Origin: an uncultured Thermoplasmata archaeon
GTDB taxonomy: Archaea; Thermoplasmatota; Thermoplasmata; Lutacidiplasmatales; UBA184
DNA length: 64,000 bases
Direction of reading: 5' to 3'
Assembly (NCBI GenBank): GCA_963713145.1
Contig: CAVQKI010000007.1
Span: 40,435 to 104,434 of the forward strand
Both the position numbers and the translations under genes were made by a program. This document shows, one piece after another, positions 61,704 through 64,000 of this stretch (positions are counted from its first letter, which is position 1; each line of letters begins with the position of its first letter). The notes below the pieces were generated by a model. The model had not been told where the DNA came from. It did not search any database and saw only the letters and a list, made by a program, of their open reading frames with translations.

Positions 61704-62594
61704 GACCCACCCTCGCCACGGACGAGGAGCTTCCAGGACCTCACGGGTCCTGGCCATCAGCTCGGCGACGGTGACGGGCCCGACCCCGCCCGGGATCGGA
61801 GTGAGCGATCCGGCCCAGCCTTCGAGCGACGCGGCGTTCGCGTCGCCCACCCCCCGGCTAGCGCCTGGGCGGTCGGCGTCCGGCACGCTCGAGAGCCCTA
61901 CGTCGACGACGTGGGCCCCTTTGGGAACGACGGACCGGTCGAGCAGTCCGGCGCGGCCTACGCAGGAGAAGATCGTGCTGGCCCCGGCCAGGGAGCGCGC
62001 CATGTCGCGCGACTTCGAGTGGACGATCGTCACGGTCGCGTTGCCGCCGGGCGGGCGCCCCGCGAGCAACAGGGCTAGGGGGAGGCCCACGGTCTCGGAC
62101 CGGCCGAGCACGACGACCGGCTCTCCCTCGACCGGCAGCTGGTAGTGGCGAGCTATCGCGAACGCGGCCTTGGCGACCGCCGGGACCTGGACCGGCCTCT
62201 GAGCGACCAGCCGGCCCAGGTTGCGTGGGCCGACCCCGTCCACATCCTTCTCCGGCCGCAGCTCCTCCATCGCTCGGAAGAAGTCGAACGGCGGAGGGAG
62301 CGGGTGCTCGAGCAGCACTCCGTGCACGGATGGGTCCCGGTCGAGCGCGCGGACGCGGGCGATCAGCTCGGCCGCCCCGTCTCCGGGGGCGAGCGTCTCG
62401 TCCCGGAACACGATCCCGAGCGCCTGGGCGGCCTTCGCCTGCCGTTTCAGGTAGAACTGGAACGGCGTGTCCTCGCCGCGGTGGAGGCTGACCAAGGATG
62501 GGGCCGGTGCGGCGGTGCCGACCGCCGCGATGGACGAGCGTGTCGCACGGTCGATCGCCTCCGCGACCGGCCGACCTTCGAGCCGAATCGTCAT
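61700..62594 (-). CDS. folD: Methylenetetrahydrofolate dehydrogenase/cyclohydrolase (frameshift near 61745)
   Basis: KDVDG, GRSETVGLP, ATVTIVHS, VVDVG, GD, TPIPGGVGPVTVA. Confidence 0.92.
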
Positions 62595-62799
62595 CTCGAA
62601 CCCTCCCGTGCGGTGCGAGTCCGCCTCGATAGATAACGACCGGCTCACCAGAGGTCCGTACTGTGACGGCGCACGGAACCGGCGGGCGTCGGGTTTTCGG
62701 GCGAGAAATCGCCCCGGCGTTACCGAGAGGATTTATACGGGCCGCCATCTAGAACCCACGGCGACGCGACTCCCGTGAGGGCTCGGTCGAGACGCCCAC

Positions 62800-64000
62800 A
62801 TGGAAGAGGGAGCGGGAACACCGTCCGGGACCACCGGTGAAACCTCGCCCCACAGCGAGCTCGACGCGTGGGGGAAGACCCTGCCGTACCAGTCGAGCGC
62901 CGACGTCGAGGTACCGCCCCGTCTCCTCGAGCAGGTGATCGGGCAGGACGACGCGGTCGAGGTCGCCCGCAAGGCGGCGACCCAGAAGCGCCACATGATC
63001 CTGATCGGCGACCCGGGGACGGGCAAGAGCATGCTCGCGCGGGCGATGGTCGACTTCTTGCCCAAAGAGCAGCTGCAGGACATCCTGGCCTACCCGAACA
63101 GCGAGGACCCGAACGAACCGAAGATCCGGGTCGTCCCGGCCGGGAAGGGGAAGGAGATCGTCGCGGCCCAGAAGGTCGAGGCCGCCCAGAAGAAGGAGCA
63201 GCGGACGATCCTGTTCGTCGTGCTGGCCCTCGCCGTGATGGCGGTCGTCCTCTACATCGTGATCACGCAGGACGACCTGACGGCCCTGCTCCTGGGCGTG
63301 CTGATCGTCGTGTTCATCTACGCGCTCTCGCGCTTCTCGGGCGGGCGGAGCGACTCGGGTCCGGGGGTCGCGAAGCTCCTTGTTACGCATTCGCCCGACG
63401 ACAAGCCCCCGTTCATCGACGCCACCGGCGCTCACGCCGGCGCGCTCCTCGGGGACGTGAAACACGACCCGTTCCAGTCCGGCGGTCTCGAGACCCCGCC
63501 GCACGAGCGGGTCGAGGTCGGCGCGATCCACAAGGCGAACGGTGGTGTCCTGTTCCTGGACGAGATCAACCTCCTCAAGATCGAGAGTCAGCATTCGCTC
63601 CTCACCGCGCTCCAGGAGCGGAAGTTCTCGATCGTAGGCCAGTCCGAGCGGTCGGCCGGCGCGATGGTCAAGACCGAGCCGGTCCCCGCCGATTTCGTCT
63701 TGGTTGCCGCGGGGAACGTCGACAGCGTGCAGACGATGCACCCGGCGCTCCGGTCGCGTATCCGGGGCTACGGCTACGAGCTCTACGTGAAGACCACGAT
63801 GCCCGACGTTCCCGAGAACCGGTTGAAGATCGTTCGGTTCATCGCCCAGGAGGTCCTCAAGGACCGCAAGATCCCGCACTTCGACCGCGATGCGATGGTG
63901 GAGGTGATCCGGGAGGCCCAGCGTCGCGCGGGCCGCTCGGGCCAGCTGACGCTCCGCCTCCGCGAGCTCGGCGGCCTCGTGCGCGTCGCGGGAGATATCG
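62800..64000 (+). CDS. lonB: Archaeal membrane-bound Lon protease (LonB), runs off the right edge; not in the ORF track
   Basis: [20 protein letters not shown], two TM helices, [59 protein letters not shown]. Confidence 0.95.
   Translation, partial: MEEGAGTPSGTTGETSPHSELDAWGKTLPYQSSADVEVPPRLLEQVIGQDDAVEVARKAATQKRHMILIGDPGTGKSMLARAMVDFLPKEQLQDILAYPNSEDPNEPKIRVVPAGKGKEIVAAQKVEAAQKKEQRTILFVVLALAVMAVVLYIVITQDDLTALLLGVLIVVFIYALSRFSGGRSDSGPGVAKLLVTHSPDDKPPFIDATGAHAGALLGDVKHDPFQSGGLETPPHERVEVGAIHKANGGVLFLDEINLLKIESQHSLLTALQERKFSIVGQSERSAGAMVKTEPVPADFVLVAAGNVDSVQTMHPALRSRIRGYGYELYVKTTMPDVPENRLKIVRFIAQEVLKDRKIPHFDRDAMVEVIREAQRRAGRSGQLTLRLRELGGLVRVAGDI

Noticed and set aside
1977-62594. Mass pseudogenisation or programmed frameshifting
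   Set aside because: The lesions hit essential genes (serS, rps4, topA), are isolated single-base events in otherwise well-conserved sequence, and show no shared slippery site; sequencing error is far more likely.
62595-62799. THF or ZTP riboswitch upstream of folD
   Set aside because: I could not match the conserved cores of either family; an Infernal/Rfam search would settle it.
1-64000. CRISPR arrays, IS elements, rRNA, defence islands
   Set aside because: No regularly spaced repeats, transposase motifs or rRNA-like segments seen by eye; the window is almost fully tiled by housekeeping genes.

Overview
Core-genome window of a very GC-rich archaeon. The gene set (LonB, DUF6015-like protein, TrmY, Tes, RpoD, aEF-1alpha, proteasome alpha, dnaJ, uvrA/uvrC, folD) points to class Thermoplasmata, possibly a soil or sediment lineage; this is inference. 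It holds about 65 genes. They include ALDH, serS, a helicase-only Hef, kdpFABC plus a USP gene, dph5, guaAA, ubiX, two thiolase/DUF35 modules, a PadR-ABC exporter, tetraether synthase, a tandem-RHH (CdrS-like) gene with a divergent ftsZ, pelota, rps13-rps4-rps11-rpoD, dnaJ, citrate synthase, tuf-rps10-psd-pssA-mptD, argF, tRNA-Phe(GAA), topA, uvrA-uvrC, psmA, folD and lonB. I saw no CRISPR array, transposase or provirus. Many essential genes carry single-base indels, so the sequence looks like an unpolished long-read assembly. About 15 of these lesions lie at or next to GTAC, which suggests a DNA methylation motif. The most unusual biology is a putative cell-division locus: a double-RHH regulator with a clear two-site operator upstream of an FtsZ that lacks the catalytic T7-loop aspartate, next to uncharacterised AbrB-like and TFE-like genes. 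All calls come from motif recognition by eye; no database searches were run.
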